This document shows positions 1 through 13,800 of a stretch of 64,000 nt of DNA, piece by piece. Under the pieces are notes generated by a model. That model was not told the DNA's origin. It saw nothing but the letters and a program-made list of their open reading frames with translations, and did not search any database. The stretch comes from Lama glama (Eukaryota). Location: NCBI GenBank assembly GCA_028534125.1, contig CM052822.1, positions 78,492,001 through 78,556,000 on the forward strand, read 5' to 3'. The first letter of the stretch is position 1, and every line of letters starts with the position of its first letter. A program made the position numbers and the translations under genes.

Positions 1-242
1 TTTATCTTTGGACTTTTCTTTATAAAATGTCTTATCCCACACAAATAGTCTACTTTTACTTGTGGTTAACAAGGTCCATTGGGATTTTTGAAAACACACA
101 CAAGGTTAGTAGGATTACACACTTCTACCTGTATGCCAAGAAAAGGCGGGGAGGAGAGAGGAGCCCTGTGTCTGACCACTGAGCCTTCTGGACTCCATGC
201 AGTGGCCCCCTCATGGCCTTGAGCGGCTGCGGGCCACTCCTC

Positions 243-275
243 CCAGCCCAGCTCAGCCCAGCCCAGCCCAGCCCA
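243..275. repeat. Short (GCCCA)n pentanucleotide repeat
   Basis: ccagcccagctcagcccagcccagcccagccca. Confidence 0.8.
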
Positions 276-2085
276 CAGGCCGCCAGGCTCAGCCCACAGC
301 CACCAGCAGTGGCCACAGGGCCAGGCCAGCACTCCGCACTCCTGCGGGCCGGCTCTGCCACATCCCTGGGGGGCCCTAACTGCACTGGAGACAGCATCAG
401 ATTCCATCTGCCTCCAGGCCCAGGGCCCGCGTGTTGATTTTACACCTGGACTGCCTTCCCCTTCCACAGAGCCTGCAGCCATTCTCTCATATGACGTTAC
501 AGTGACTCCACGCCAGGGAGGCGGGCTGAGGCCAGGGACGGGAAGCCTCTGAGAAAGGGCACGACCCCCAGGCGGGAGTTTTGTCAAGGACGGAGTGGGA
601 GACAGAGCTTTGGCCTTTATTCTGGCAGCACCACCCTCATCTCTGATTAAATGGAACACACACACCTGTTTCCTTCACAATCAGATTTCGCCGAGTCAGG
701 GCAGGTGTCGTGTTTTTTTAATAAAATTATGTTTTAAAAGCTGCCTTTAAATAAAAGCTGCACGAGTGCAGTCCTGACCCGGGGTTGCAGGGCCAGCGAG
801 AGGCCAACGGTGGGTGGACGCGGTGGAGGCGCCCAGGCTGGCCAGCCATGCGGCGGCCACAAGCCTGGTGACCTTGGATCGCCAAGCCTCTGCTGTACTT
901 TCCTCCAGTCCAGGCCACTGCTTGTCACAACCTGCACAGAATTCCCCCCAAAATGAAAAAACACAACAGAGCCACCCACCTGCCAGCAGCATCCCCCAGG
1001 CAGGCGAGCTGCGGGGACACAGACACACAGCTGCTCCTGGCCCTGAAATCCACACCGGCACAGGACTTACTCACCACGGATGTTTGTTGTGCCTGGTCTC
1101 AGGCCTTCAGACCCTCAAACAGCATCCCGTGGGGGCCCAGCGAGGGCGAGCTAGTCAAGGAGGTCGGGCAGAGGCACCTTTCGCCCCAAGGGCCTCACTA
1201 GGCTGGACAGAAGGTCCCAGGGGCCCGTGAGTCCTGGCAGGTGGGCTCCACCCATACCCCCTGTGCACAGAGCCAGGGGGCCAGGGCAGGTGCTAAGTGC
1301 TGCGGGCAAGATGTAGGCAGGGGCCAAACCCATCCCCAAACCCATGAAGCCAGGCGCTACAGGAGGGGAGAACCCACTGTCTGACGTCCTGAGTGCAGAC
1401 CGGCTAGACTGCCTTCCCAGCATGTGATCAGGCTAACCCCCATCGACGTGTGAAGGGCCATGTGTGTCGTGGTCGTGGGGTCTTCTGCTCATCATTTCAG
1501 AGCACCATGGGTCTGGCCCCCTGAGCGAAGCCCCATGAGAGAAGCGGAGGCACCTGCCCTCCAGAGCTCAGGCCCGGGGGCTGCCCCGCTCGGACATTTC
1601 AGGCCCCACACTGTGGGCGATGAGCCCTCCTTGAAGACACAAAGCACCAGAGTCTTCTCCAGCTAACAAGAAAGGAAAACGGGGCCCACAGGATGGAGAG
1701 CCTGCTGCTGCCCAAGAGCAGACCTGGAGCCAGGGGGCAAGGGTGGGCGGCAGGGCAGGACACCAGACCCCACCACCCACTGTCGCAGGGCTCCTCACAA
1801 ATCACCCGAAGACCCCAGGCTACAGGGACTGACGCAGATGCAGACACACAGACACAAACGTCTACAGAGAGGGCCTGTCTCACTTCCACTGATTTTCCAT
1901 TTTCTCTCCTTTTAATAACACCCCGAGAAGTTTCAGCTCCACGAAGCTCTCCAGAAGCATCAAAAGCAAAACAAAACTCACCCAGAACCTCCCCTCTGCT
2001 CGTGGAGCCACCCCAGGGGTGGCCGTGAGTGGGCAGGGCAGAGGCGGGCCCAGACCCTCAGCTGTGTGTGGCCGGGCCCACTTAC

Positions 2086-2136
2086 CGTTCACGCAGGTCT
2101 CTGCCGGGCCGCACAGCTGGTCCTCGAATAGGCAGC
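2086..2136 (-). CDS. PTPRN2: PTPRN2 coding exon 2 (51 nt), Cys-rich N-terminal region
   Basis: Minus strand reads cttctcctcccag|GC TGC CTA TTC GAG GAC CAG CTG TGC GGC CCG GCA GAG ACC TGC GTG AAC G|gtaagt, giving (G)CLFEDQLCGPAETCVN. This matches recalled human GCLLEEGLCGASEACVND, and its phase-1 start joins exon 1. Confidence 0.95.
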
Positions 2137-3837
2137 CTGGGAGGAGAAGCAGGGGAGAAAGGGTCAGCACCTCCTGGGGAACAGTGCGCCCACTGGGGCC
2201 ACGGCCTCTGCTGGCTCCCGAGTACTTAGGAACATGCAGACCCGCAGAGGCTCTGGATTTGGCTTTCTTGAGGTGGTGCTGGATCATCTGGCTCCAGTTG
2301 TGAGAGGAGTAACCACAGGACCGGCCTCTCCAACGGAGGAGGACCACGATCATCCTGTTCCTCTGGCAACGGGAGGGTCCGCCTGCCCGAGGGGTCTTCC
2401 AGGGGAGCTACAGAGGGAGCACGGGGGGTGGGCCATTCTGTCGACACCTCCTGGCGTGCTCCCAGACGGCCAGACCCATGGCGCTTTGTGGGCATCACCT
2501 CCAGGGTGGCATCCTGGGGCCTTCCCTCCAACACCCTGACAGTCCCTGCCTGCATCCTGACGTGGACGGCTGGCCTGCACCGCCGCCAGAGAAGGCAGGT
2601 GTGGGGAGGGGTGCCAAACGCACTGAGCCACCAGGAGGGGCAGGGCAGGTCAGAGGAGGCGGCCCACCTGCCCTGCGTTCAAGTGCGTCTTCAACACGGG
2701 GAAAGGACAAAGAAGACGCAGCCTCGGCAGGGTGTGGACAGCCAACGTGCCACGCAGGTGTAGTCCTCAGGGTTGCCCAGCAAGGGCCACGGATGGACCC
2801 GAGTAGGCGCCTTCTGAACACACATGCCTTCCATCAACACTGAGACACACTCCTTCCAAAGCATCATGCCTGCACTCCTGTTTCTCCAACTGACAAGCCC
2901 CTAGCCACCCTCTGAGACCCAACTTGAACATCCCCCATGGACTCTCCCATGACCAGACTGGCGACTGGCTCTGTCCAGCACCTGCTGTAGGAATCTCCAC
3001 ACTGTGTTGTGATGTCCACTTAAGGGCACAACTTCCCTGAACATGAGATTCTCAAGGTTAGGGGCCACACAAAGCTACCTTTTTAACCTCCGCCGTTTCC
3101 TGAGTGGTGCCCCCATGTCTGGCGAACAGCAGGTGCTGAGGAGTAAATAGATGAGCGAAGGAGGACAGTCACGCCAGGGTCGCCACAGGGTTTGCAGTCA
3201 TTGACTCCCGCGTCAGGGAGCTGCTCTGAAATCCTTTGCACTGAAGCACCCATGCCCTTGGGCAGACCTGGGTCAGGAAGGCACGGAGCCAGGGCCCGCA
3301 GAAGACGCCAAAGCAAACATCGTCCCAGAACCAGGAGGGACTCTGATGGGGACAGAACTGCCCCAGACTCAGGAGCGTGAGCGGTCTCCCTGTGCCCTCG
3401 TCCCCGCGGGCCACGTGCTAACCTGACTGCTAGTACACTTGCGCGGTTATTTGCTCTAAAATTAAGAAAGACCACCTTTCATTTTGAGTATCAGCCTCAA
3501 GCCATCAAGAGAAAGAAAGACCTCGGTCTGACAGAACCTGATCGGACACACCGCCTTCCCCACCTCGGCACCGCCCTCCCCCCACCAGGCAGTCACCTGC
3601 CACGCTGCCCCCTTGGGCCAGTGGGCCCACATGTGGCTCTGAAGGCAAGAGTGAGCCCTCGGAGGAAGCCCACAGCCGCCACCCACCCTGAGCCTCCTGG
3701 GCCCAGGGCTCAGACCCGGGCTCCTCGCTGGAAGGGTGTGGTCCACCCTGACCATCAAGGCAAGGAGACATGTCCAAAATCCCTCACTCCTGACACCCAC
3801 AGGTCTCCCCCTGGCTCCAGGACATGCGTGCGCTCAG

Positions 3838-3933
3838 ACACACAGACGTGTGCTCACACTCACACGCTCACACACACGCTCATATACACTCACACACACT
3901 CGTACAGACACACTCGCTCACACACACTCACAC
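3838..3933. repeat. Imperfect (CA)n microsatellite
   Basis: Interrupted cacactcacacgctcacacacacgc... tract. Confidence 0.85.
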
Positions 3934-6900
3934 TGACTTTTTAGCCTGAATCCTGCCTCCCCTTGACCTCCGCAGAATGCCACGCAGTGCCTCAGCTCCA
4001 CCTTGCGGCCTCTTCCTGGTGTCCTGTTGGGAGTTACAGCAGGTCGGGCTCTCCCGAGAGGAGCCCGGCCGCCCTCCTCTCAGACCCTTGGCTCCCAGGA
4101 GATGCTTAGAAAGGGTCTGCGTTTTACAGTGGGAACCCCCGGGGACCCCGCCCTTCACTCCCGGCGGCCCCCCGAGCCGTGACTCTGCTGGGGCGGCCAG
4201 GGCCCCAGCCCCACCGACCCCCCGCCCCGTGCTCCGGCCGAGCCCAGGCGACCGGCTTCCCTCCTAGGGCTGGTCTCTTCAGCTGCCCAGCCGGAATCAA
4301 AGTGACTCCCTCCCCTTCCTTGGGGCTTTTGCAAAAGTGCCGAGAACAGAGCCACTAACTAATTAACACATGTCAACTAATGTAACGGAGAGGTTTTGTG
4401 ACTAAAAACTGTAAGAAAAAATGAGCCTGAAATGGACTCTCTCACCAAAAAATGGAACAGCTTCCCTCTCAGACAGACCACAAATCAGGAGAAGACTCTG
4501 AGGAACCGAGAGTGTTCTCCCCAGTTCTGTTAAAGCCGAGAGCGGACAAGGCTGCCGGGCTGAGATCGGCTCAGCCTCGGAGGAAATAGAACTCCAGGGA
4601 GCCCGCGTGCACGGGCCACCCGGCCGCGGCGACAGGCATGCTCCGCTTCCCACAGCGACTATTCCACAAACAGGGCTTCTCATCGGGACTTCCCTTACTC
4701 TGTCTCTTGTCCTCTTCTCCCGAGCCACACAATGTAATGACGGAGTTTCACTCCCAGGCTGGCATCAGCTGAACGCCGACCTGTTACATCGCGTCCAGTC
4801 CCCGCCACGCACTGACGGGAGATTCACAGGCGAGGAAACCAGAACTCAGAGGTGAATAATACGCCCACAGCCAGACTCTGCCCCCACCGTGCCCCCTCCC
4901 TCTTCTACGCTGCTCCAGGCCGAGGGCTGTGTGTTCACCACAGTCACCTGAGCAGAGAGAGGCGGGAGGAGGCCTGCGGACTCTCATTTGGTGGAGCTGC
5001 ACTTTCTAGCCCCACCCGTCCACCTGCCCCACTGTCCTGCGCAGAGCAGATTCGTGGGAAGGAGAGGAGAGACCTGCCATCTGGAGGGAGAGAGGGAGGG
5101 TCGCTGCCCCTAGAGCCCCCGCACCCACAGGCTCCTTCCCTAAGAAGACAGCCCGGCGCTCTGCTCCAGGCCACACGTGCCTCAGAGCTGGGAACCCCAG
5201 AGCAGCTCCCAGCCCAGCAGGCGGGGAGGGAGGCCTGCGGGAGCTGCGCTGGAGGTGCCCAGACTCTGTGCCTTCCGCCCTGCAGAAAACGGAAGGTGGA
5301 GCAAGGCCCCTCTGAAGGCTGGGGCCCCGGAGCCCCGCCCAGGGTAGGCGGCTGGCTCGGCTCGGCTCAGGGCAGACGCTGGAGAAGTGTCACCTTGTGC
5401 ATGGGTCCCGAGTGCGGCCTCCTCCATCGTGGGGCGGGGACAGCTCTGCGGCTTAGGGACCCAGGACCCCTCAGACCTGAGCTGAACTTGATTCCCGCAC
5501 TGGGGACCCTCACGGCTCCTGCCCACGTTGGTTGGGCCCTCTGACCCAAGGCAGGCGCTCGGTACGCTGGGTGATGCCCAGGTGAGGAAACAGCTCCCGG
5601 TTCCCAAAGGGGTTCTCCTCCAGGCCCAGACGCGAGGAGGCCACCCCACATCACAAGGCAGGCTTGCTTTTCTCTCGTTTCTCTGAGAAGCGGCATCGAA
5701 GCCAGGTCATGGTACATGGCATTTTGGAGCCCAGGTGTCCACCCTCCTCTCGGGGCTGCCCACTTTCCAGACCCGTCCCCTGTCCCAGACTGACACCCCG
5801 CTGGGCAGCAGGAGGGGCCCTCACTGAAGAGCCGAGGTCTGGGGCATGGGCGACAGGTCCCCTCCTCCACCGTGACAGCCGGGCTCCCCAGGTGACAGGG
5901 GCCACCCCTCAAAGAACAGAAAAGTGTATGCTGCAGCTGCCTCCCACCTGCTGCAGGGGGAGGCTGAAGGCCCGGCCTCGCTATGCCCAGGTGGTTCTGG
6001 ACCCATGTGAATCCTGTCTCCCGGAGGCCCATAAGGCCCAGCTGAAAGGAGCCAGCATCAGACAAACCGGGACGTCGGCTTGTATCAGGCAACATCAGAG
6101 ACGGTGGTCACCTGTTCACCCAGACCCCGCACCCAGTGAACACTGCCATCTCCACCAAGCCCACGCCTGCCGTCCGGAGGCCGCGAGCAGCTGCCCCAGC
6201 CGAACGCTCACTCTCCCCACAGAGAAGTTTCCCTCTGCCCCACCGCCCCGGGCACATGGACAGAGCATCCTCTCAGGACGGACATGCAGTGCCTCCGAGA
6301 AGGCATTTTACACCACAGTTCATGCACAGGGAAGGCAGCAGACGTCGTGACTTAAACGACTAAGGCACAGTTAAGTGACACAAGTGTCACCTCTCCCGCA
6401 GGGCCAGCTGTCCCCTACCAGACCCCACCAGACGCCTGGGGCACAGTGACCCAGGACCCTCACACCCACAGCCATCTACGGCAGGGATTCTGTGCACCTG
6501 CCTGTCTCCTCTAAGCCTCGGGAGAAAGCAGCTGTGCCATGAGTCTCCACTGTACGCCTGGTGTCTGGGTTTCAACACCAAAGTCCACACGGGGATTCTC
6601 AGTGAAGGCACTTTCTCTGTCCCTCCCCAGTGGAAAACTCTAAGGGGCTGAAAACCTGAAGTTCTGGGGAATTACATTAATAATTACATTAATTATCTTC
6701 TTTCCTAGGAACCACACTGGCGAAGTGTGGGGGGTGTAGGACTGGAGGCGGCATCTCTTCAGAGCCGTCCTCGTTCCTCCTGTTCTGAGGAGGTACGCAG
6801 AGCCGCCGTCCATCCCAGCTGGGAACGGGTGGACGCTCCACCCACCACCGGGCCCTCAACCTGGCCCCGAGCACAGACCACATGTCCTGGCCCCTGCACC

Positions 6901-7737
6901 CACGTGCTGCTTCTGAACATTTCCGTCAGATCCACGCAAAAATGCGCCTCAGGGTGGGGTGTCCAAGCAGGAACAGAAAACCACGTGCACATCAGAAACC
7001 CACTTCTCATGGAATAAGACCCGGAAGAGCAAGCAAGAGATTGCAGAGCAGCGGCCCCGAGGCCGCATGCTTCTGGAGCCGGGATCAGCCAAACCTGCCG
7101 CACATCTGGGCGACAAGACCATAGAGCAAAGCCATGACTGAGATTTCAGAGACAGAAGGGAAGTGGGGGGACAGTGATAGGAGGAGGAGTGGGGGCTGCC
7201 CCGCCCTAGGACCACCCAGGAGGAGAGGCAGCGCTTGCACGGGCCCGTCCCCGCGCAGAGAGACAGGCTGCTGCACACCTCTGCTGCCTTCTCAGCGCCG
7301 GCCTGGGGCCCTGGAGCCCATGTCGGGTAACATTAGCACCACGCAGCCCTGCTTTGCTGGAGTCCTCCACCTCAGCCAGGTGAGCTCTGAGTGGTATTTC
7401 AATTGTCTCCTGGCCTTCTGTCCTCAATTTTCTGAAATGCAATGATATCTTCAAAAAAAAGGACATTTGTTGAATTATTCTTTCGGATTAAGAAAGCACT
7501 TCTAAGCTTGTTTCCATAGATACAGAGTTAAAGAAAACCTCTGAAAAGATATTTAATGAGAAGTCTTGAATGTCAAATGCTAAGGATACAACCACTCCGT
7601 TAGGAGAAAGAAATAGGATCCCTAAGGCCCCCAAACTCGCGACAGGCCTGAACTGGGCCAAACTCAGCCACTCCCATGAAAGGACAGCATGGAAATGTGA
7701 CATGGTAGAGACGAGGCGCACAGGAGGGCTGGGATGA

Positions 7738-7819
7738 GCGCACGTGTGCCACAGGCCCCGCCTCCCGCAGGGGTGCGCGCGCACGTGTGCCACAGGCCCC
7801 GCCTCCCGCAGGGGTGCGC
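7738..7819. repeat. Tandem duplication, 2 x 41 bp
   Basis: gcgcacgtgtgccacaggccccgcctcccgcaggggtgcgc occurs twice head-to-tail. Confidence 0.9.
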
Positions 7820-10800
7820 AAGACATGGCTTGAGCATTTGGGGCAGAGCTGGGCTGCCTTAGCCGTGGTCTCAGATGAAGGAGGAAAACTGGGTCACAGT
7901 TTCTCAGCCACTCCTGACGCACGGGGCCCTGGGCAGTGACACAGTCTCAGGACCCTCCTTAGGAAATCTGTCCTTCTTTGCCGGCATCACACGACAGAGC
8001 ATGTAATTCCGGAACTGTCCTGCCCGGGAACCAGCCCGGATGCTGATGCGATCCCAAGTTTCTGCACTTCCAGTGAGAAGCAGAAGCACAGTGCGTGTAA
8101 TTTTTGTCTAGGATTTTGAACCCACACACTATTAGGCTGTATCGTCAAGTAAATTAAACTCTTTACGATCCATTTTCTGGATCCATATTCATTATTATCC
8201 CGAATTTCAGGTGACATGCCATATTTGAATTATTTTGTATTAGCTATGAAAGAAAAATCATGTCAACCAACATTCATGAGTTTGTTAGGTTCAGTCTGAA
8301 GGCAGGTATATGTTTAAACATAGTTGTCATTTGATCGGGAGTAAAAAGGCAAGAATATCTGGGCTTGAGGTTTAGAATTCTCACACCATAAGCTCAAAAA
8401 CATCAAGTGTTTTCTTAGATGACCTTCTGGGTTTGTTTTTCAATGATGAGACAAGAAGGAGCGTTTGCAGTTCGGGAGTCCTTGTCCACACCTGGAGTGA
8501 GCGCTGTCGTCTCCTGACACTGAGTCTGAAGAGCCGGGGACACCCAGACCTGCCGAGGACGAGGCCGGTGGGTCGAGGGGATCCAGGGTGCACCTGAGCG
8601 GGAGTTGTCTCCACCCTCATCCGTGGCTTGTGCGTCCTGCTCTCCACTGCAGCCCCAGATTAAACACAGAACAACAAAGAAAAACGACTGAAAACTGTAT
8701 CACAGTGAAAGTCACCTCAGGAAGGAGCAGGGCTGGCCGGCAATGATGTCCCCAGGACAAGAGGGGTGTTAATGAGCCCCACTCACTGAAAACTCTGAGC
8801 TAGAATTCCACAAGTTTCTTCTCTGCGAGATTCTCAGAATCCTTGATGCTGCCAAGGGCCACGCTCTCCTCCAAAGAAGGACCCAGCAGACGACATTTGC
8901 CACAGTTCTCGAGATGCAGCTCTCCACTGCCCACCCCTCACTGGGAAACAGTAAACGAGACCCAGATGTACAGTAGGACCAGCGTCACCCACACAGCCGC
9001 CCTGCCCGGCAGTTCTCAGCCCTGAGCACCCAGAGGACTGGTTAAACCATGGTTGCTGGGCCCACCCGGCTCCTGACTCAGAGGGTGTGGGTGGGCCTGA
9101 GACCCTCATTTCCAAAAAGCTCCCAGCGATGCAGGTGCCCTGGGACCAGGCTCCCCACAAGCCGGTCTGGCAGGGTCTCCCAAACGAGCTCAGGGGGGCA
9201 GTGGGCCAGCTGAGCCACACAGACACGATGGCCCCAGACAGGCCAGGCGACAGGACCCCTGGCACACTGAACACACACCCTGAGTCGCCAAGGCAGATGC
9301 AAAGCCTGGCGCTCACACGCCGTGGGGAATTATCTTCAGGGGCCAGTTCCATTCTTCCCCCAGAAGTGTGACATTTAATTATGCACAACGGACACCTCCG
9401 TGATGTCCGAGTCACCCTGTTGGCTACAAGAGGCATCCACAGCCTCCCAGCATTAAAAAAAAAAGTAATAATTGAAAGAAAAATGCCCTAAGCTAAGGAA
9501 CAGAAGCACATTCATTGCAAAGTGCGTGTTCCTGGGTGGGCCCCGGCCCACGCGGCCGTTTCCGTGAGTCAGGCCGTGAGTGGGAAAGGCAGGGCCGGGT
9601 GGGGGCGGGGGTCGAAAGGAAAGGAGCAGCTGGGAGAGGGGAAGGGGCCCCAAGATCCCGAACTCTGAGCCCGGGGTTTCAGCTGTGAACGTGGAGAACG
9701 CAGGGTAACAAGTGACACGGACACTGGGCAGCGTCCCACGTGGCAGCCACCGCTATCGCTGCCGCAGCCACTGCCGGTCAGCCTACCAAGGCCAGACGCT
9801 GTGGGGTGCCGGGCGGTGCCGGGCGGGAGGAGGGGCCTGGGCCATGGGCTGTGGTGGGGCAGGCAGGGTCCTGGGGCCCCACACTGGTCCCGGGGCCACG
9901 TCCAGCCCTGGGAAACAGCACCTCTGGTCACAACTGCAGCAAACGGACCCGGGAACCTCCTTTCCGTGCCATCAGGCTGTTTGGTCCTGGGGTGCAGGCC
10001 TGGGGACCCCTCTCCGGCTGTCTTCCCGCCCCATCCCCACCACCAGTGAGCCAACTCTGGGGTTCGTTCAGGCCGACCGGGGCCTCAGCGTCCAACCCAC
10101 CTCCCCTTCCTACTGACCGGAGCTCAAAGGTCCAGGTAACCAGAACAAGAGCTCAGGCTGCACAGAAAGCAGGACCAGAACGGCGAGCGGGTAGAAATCC
10201 ACCTCAAGATTTCTTCTCCATCCTCCTGGCCTCCAAGGCCTCATCTAGGTCCCTGTTTCAGGCTCTGCTGACCACACGTGACAGGGAAATGCAGGCACCA
10301 GCCACGATCCAGCAGGCAGCCAGACACCGACCGACAAGCCTTGTCTTCCTCTGGGGTCGGCAGGGCAGCCTGAGGCCCTGGGTGGCCAAGCACGCCAAAC
10401 GAAGGTGACATGCCAGTGGGTCTGTCTGCAGGTTCGCATGGGAGAAACAGTGGGGCCGCGCTCTGGGCCTCGTGGAGTGCCAAGAGCAATGAGTGCATCT
10501 GAAATCGTGATTCCACCCAGCAAGGGTTTATTCAAGGTCCTCCGTGGGCCTTGAATTAAAGACACAGTTAAACACGAGTGAAATACAGTGTTCTGTCCCC
10601 AGAAGCCACTAAGGGAGGAGGATCTACGTGTCTCACTTGGCGACAGTGTCCCACCAGGAACATGCCAGGCCCTCCCCTGCGTGCAGAGGACACGCGGTGA
10701 GCCTGCCCCATCCTGTGCGCGCGAGGGGCCGTCCTCCGGGCCTGGTCCTATGAGGGGCACTGGGTGCATCTTCAGTTTTCTGACTGTATTCTAGTTTCTC

Positions 10801-13800
10801 CCCCTCAGGTTCCCTGCATCCCCGTGACAGAATAACTGGGCCGTCCGAGGTTGCCTCACGAACCCCACGCACAGCAGGCGCTCGAAGGACAATCACCAAG
10901 TGCACGTGTGAGTAAGTGAGCCACGCTCGACTTCTCGCCCGTGAGCAGCTCAGGCCCCCAGACCGCCCCCCTCCCCACCGCTCTGTCTCTGTCTGATTCT
11001 CACAGGCTCAGGATAAGGTTATTTTATCTCTTCCAGGATTTCATCACAAAAAGAAAAGTCTGCCTTTCTTTGCATCCACTGTAACTCCCTCTTCCAGCTC
11101 CACCCTCTTTCCTGCTGTAATAGCAAAGCCTCACAGACATCAGAAATCCCCCCATGGGGTGAAAATCACAAAGTTCCATGTAGGAGAAACAATCATGTTC
11201 TCAAAAAAAAAAATGCGGAGGAGAGGGGACAGGAGAGACTCCTGAGCAGATCAGCACAATCAGAGCCTCCTTTTCAGAGACGGCTGAGCGGGGAGAAGCT
11301 GCCTGGCGGCACGTGCGGGAACCGGGGCGCTGGGCCGCCTGCGACCTCCCACGAGAGCCCTCCTCTCACGGATGTAAGCCACATGCAGTTTGCAGAGACT
11401 CTTACCAGCACGACACATGCAACTGATACATGATTTTCAACTCATTTCTTCTCAAGCCAAAAGGCTGACAAGAGTTGCTGGGACTTGGGGACAGCAGAGA
11501 ATGTCGGGTCAGTTTTTCGTCAGGTGTCTAAGATGCTCCAGCCTCTTCTTAGATGCAGATCCCTGCAAAGCTGCCTCCTCTGCCCTCCCTCACCCACACC
11601 GCAGACGGCAGACCCTCTGTGGGGATGGTGCGCCAGCAGTGAGCCCTGCGTACACAGCCACGCTCTCCCAGGGCCCCTGCTGCTCCAGACACATCACCCT
11701 GGCCGCACGAGGCCTCTGGCCAGTGGCCCCTCACCAGCCACACTCGCTGACACCGCCCCGTCCACACTGGCCGCACCTCCTCTCGCGACCCCAGCCCGCC
11801 ACCTCTGGCCTTCGTGGTTCCTGCTTCGTCCCCGAGTGTGAGCCGTGAACACTTCCAGCCGTTCTCTCTGAGGCCACAGAGACTTTCCATGATGCCCAGT
11901 GAGCTGCGTCCAGCGATGAGGACCTCAGCGACGGGTCCGTCCCTTCCGCAAAAAGCCGAAGGGCCCCTTCGTCTGGGTCTGTGGCCCCTGCCCGTTCCCG
12001 CGCCCAGCCTCCAGACTTCCGCACACCTCATCCCCGGGATCTCCCCACTGGACCCCAGGAGGAACTCCTGCCTTCAGCCTCAGTTCAGGGTCAAAGACCT
12101 CACTGGCCCTCTCCACTCCCCACTCTGCCCCAGCAGCTTCTCCCACCGGCTCCTGCCCCTGTGCACAGGCTGTGCAGGGATGACGGCAGGGCAGGGTCCT
12201 CTATCAGCTGGAGAGCTCCTGAGCACCGAGAGCAGGAGCCAGCGGGCAAGCCCAGTTCACACCAGGAGATCTGAGCAGACGAGAGAGGACCGGTGCAAGG
12301 ACCCCGCATCCTTGACCGTGAGAGCTGACCGACATCTGCTGTCCGCAGCCTCCGCAGGGACAGCCCAGTGGCACGTGACCCATGAGGACCTTACAGGAAA
12401 CCATCAGACCAACCACCACCTGGACTGGGAGGGGCGGCCCTCGGCCTTCCCAGGCCAGGCTCTGGTTGCTGCAGGGCCGGGCGTCCAGGCAAAGGACACC
12501 CCGCGGTGGAAGGAACGCCCTTCCGAGGACATGGTCCAGAGGCCAAGGCTTAGCTATTTTGGAAACCGGGCGTCCAGCGTGGAGCAGGACTGCAGGCAGC
12601 GGCCACCACAGAAGGCAGCGCCTGGACAGAGACAGCCCCACAGGGGCCCAGCGCCAGGCCGACTTGCAGCTCCCAGCCCCCGGGCCCCTCTGGGTTTAGG
12701 AAGGAGAGAGGGGCTCCTCCACCCCTCCCACTGGGCCAGGCCTTGCCTCAGCGACGTGCAGCCGACAGGCGCAGTGCTCAGTCATCACTGAGCATAATTC
12801 AGTGCATCACAGGGACTTCACACCCCATTTATACGTGATACTGCTTTGTCCAAAACGCCCCCACCTCTGCCACTCGCTCCGCGCTGCTCCCCGGGCTCTG
12901 GTATCCACCTCCCGGCCTGCCCCTAGAGCCAGAGGTCACGGCTCCAGGGGACCTCCAGGGGGCATCCCAGAGACCTGGTGCCCTGGGACCCCACCCCGAC
13001 ATCCGGTCCTTCATCGGGCCCCGCACCTCTGCGGGCTGAAACCTGCGGCTTCTCAGGACCCCGCAGCAACGTCCCTGCTGCACGTGGCCCACCCCCGCCT
13101 CCACGCGGCCTGCAGGCCCAGACCCAGCCCTGCTCAGGACCCACCTCTGCCAAAGCACAGACGTGCCCTCCCGATGCCAGGCTTCCAGGGGTTTTCACGG
13201 AGACGAGTGCAGCCTCGAGGCCCTGGGGAGATCCCAGCCTCTGAAAGGGCTCAGGAGCCGCAGGCAGAGGCCCCAGCAGGGCTGTCACCCCCAGGACTCA
13301 CACCTCTGGGGCCCGGGTCGGGCTGTGCAGACCCACCTCTGCCTTCCTCCCTTCCTGACCGCTGGCCATGCGCAGCCCTCACTGCCTCTGCTCCTCCCTG
13401 GGGTCATCCTTTGGAGACTACATCCTCCCAGTCACCCCCCTGCCTGCCCCCCTGCAGGCTCCTTGGTGCTCCAGGCACTTAGGTCCCAGATCAACCGCTG
13501 GTGGGTCTGTCCCCCAGACTGCAGCGTCCCCAGGGGCAGGGGCAGCCTGCGCCCCTGGGGGTCCGGCCCTGGCAGGTGCTAAGTCCTCCACCAGCGCTCA
13601 CCAAAGCCCACCCCCAGCATGCAGGCTGCAGCACCCCCACCGTGTTCAGGCCCCCCAGCAACACAAGGTGGGAATTGTGTTCCCAGCTCAAAGGAGTTCC
13701 CCACGAGTGTCCTTCCTCTTCTCCGAACTTGCTGGGCTGCAGGCTGGGCACACAGCGCGGTGGGCTCCCCAACCTCAGCCCACGCCCTCCCCTCCCTGAC

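Noticed and set aside
243-300. Immunoglobulin switch-like GGGCT/GAGCT pentamers
   Set aside because: Only about 7 units and no immunoglobulin context; a simple repeat.
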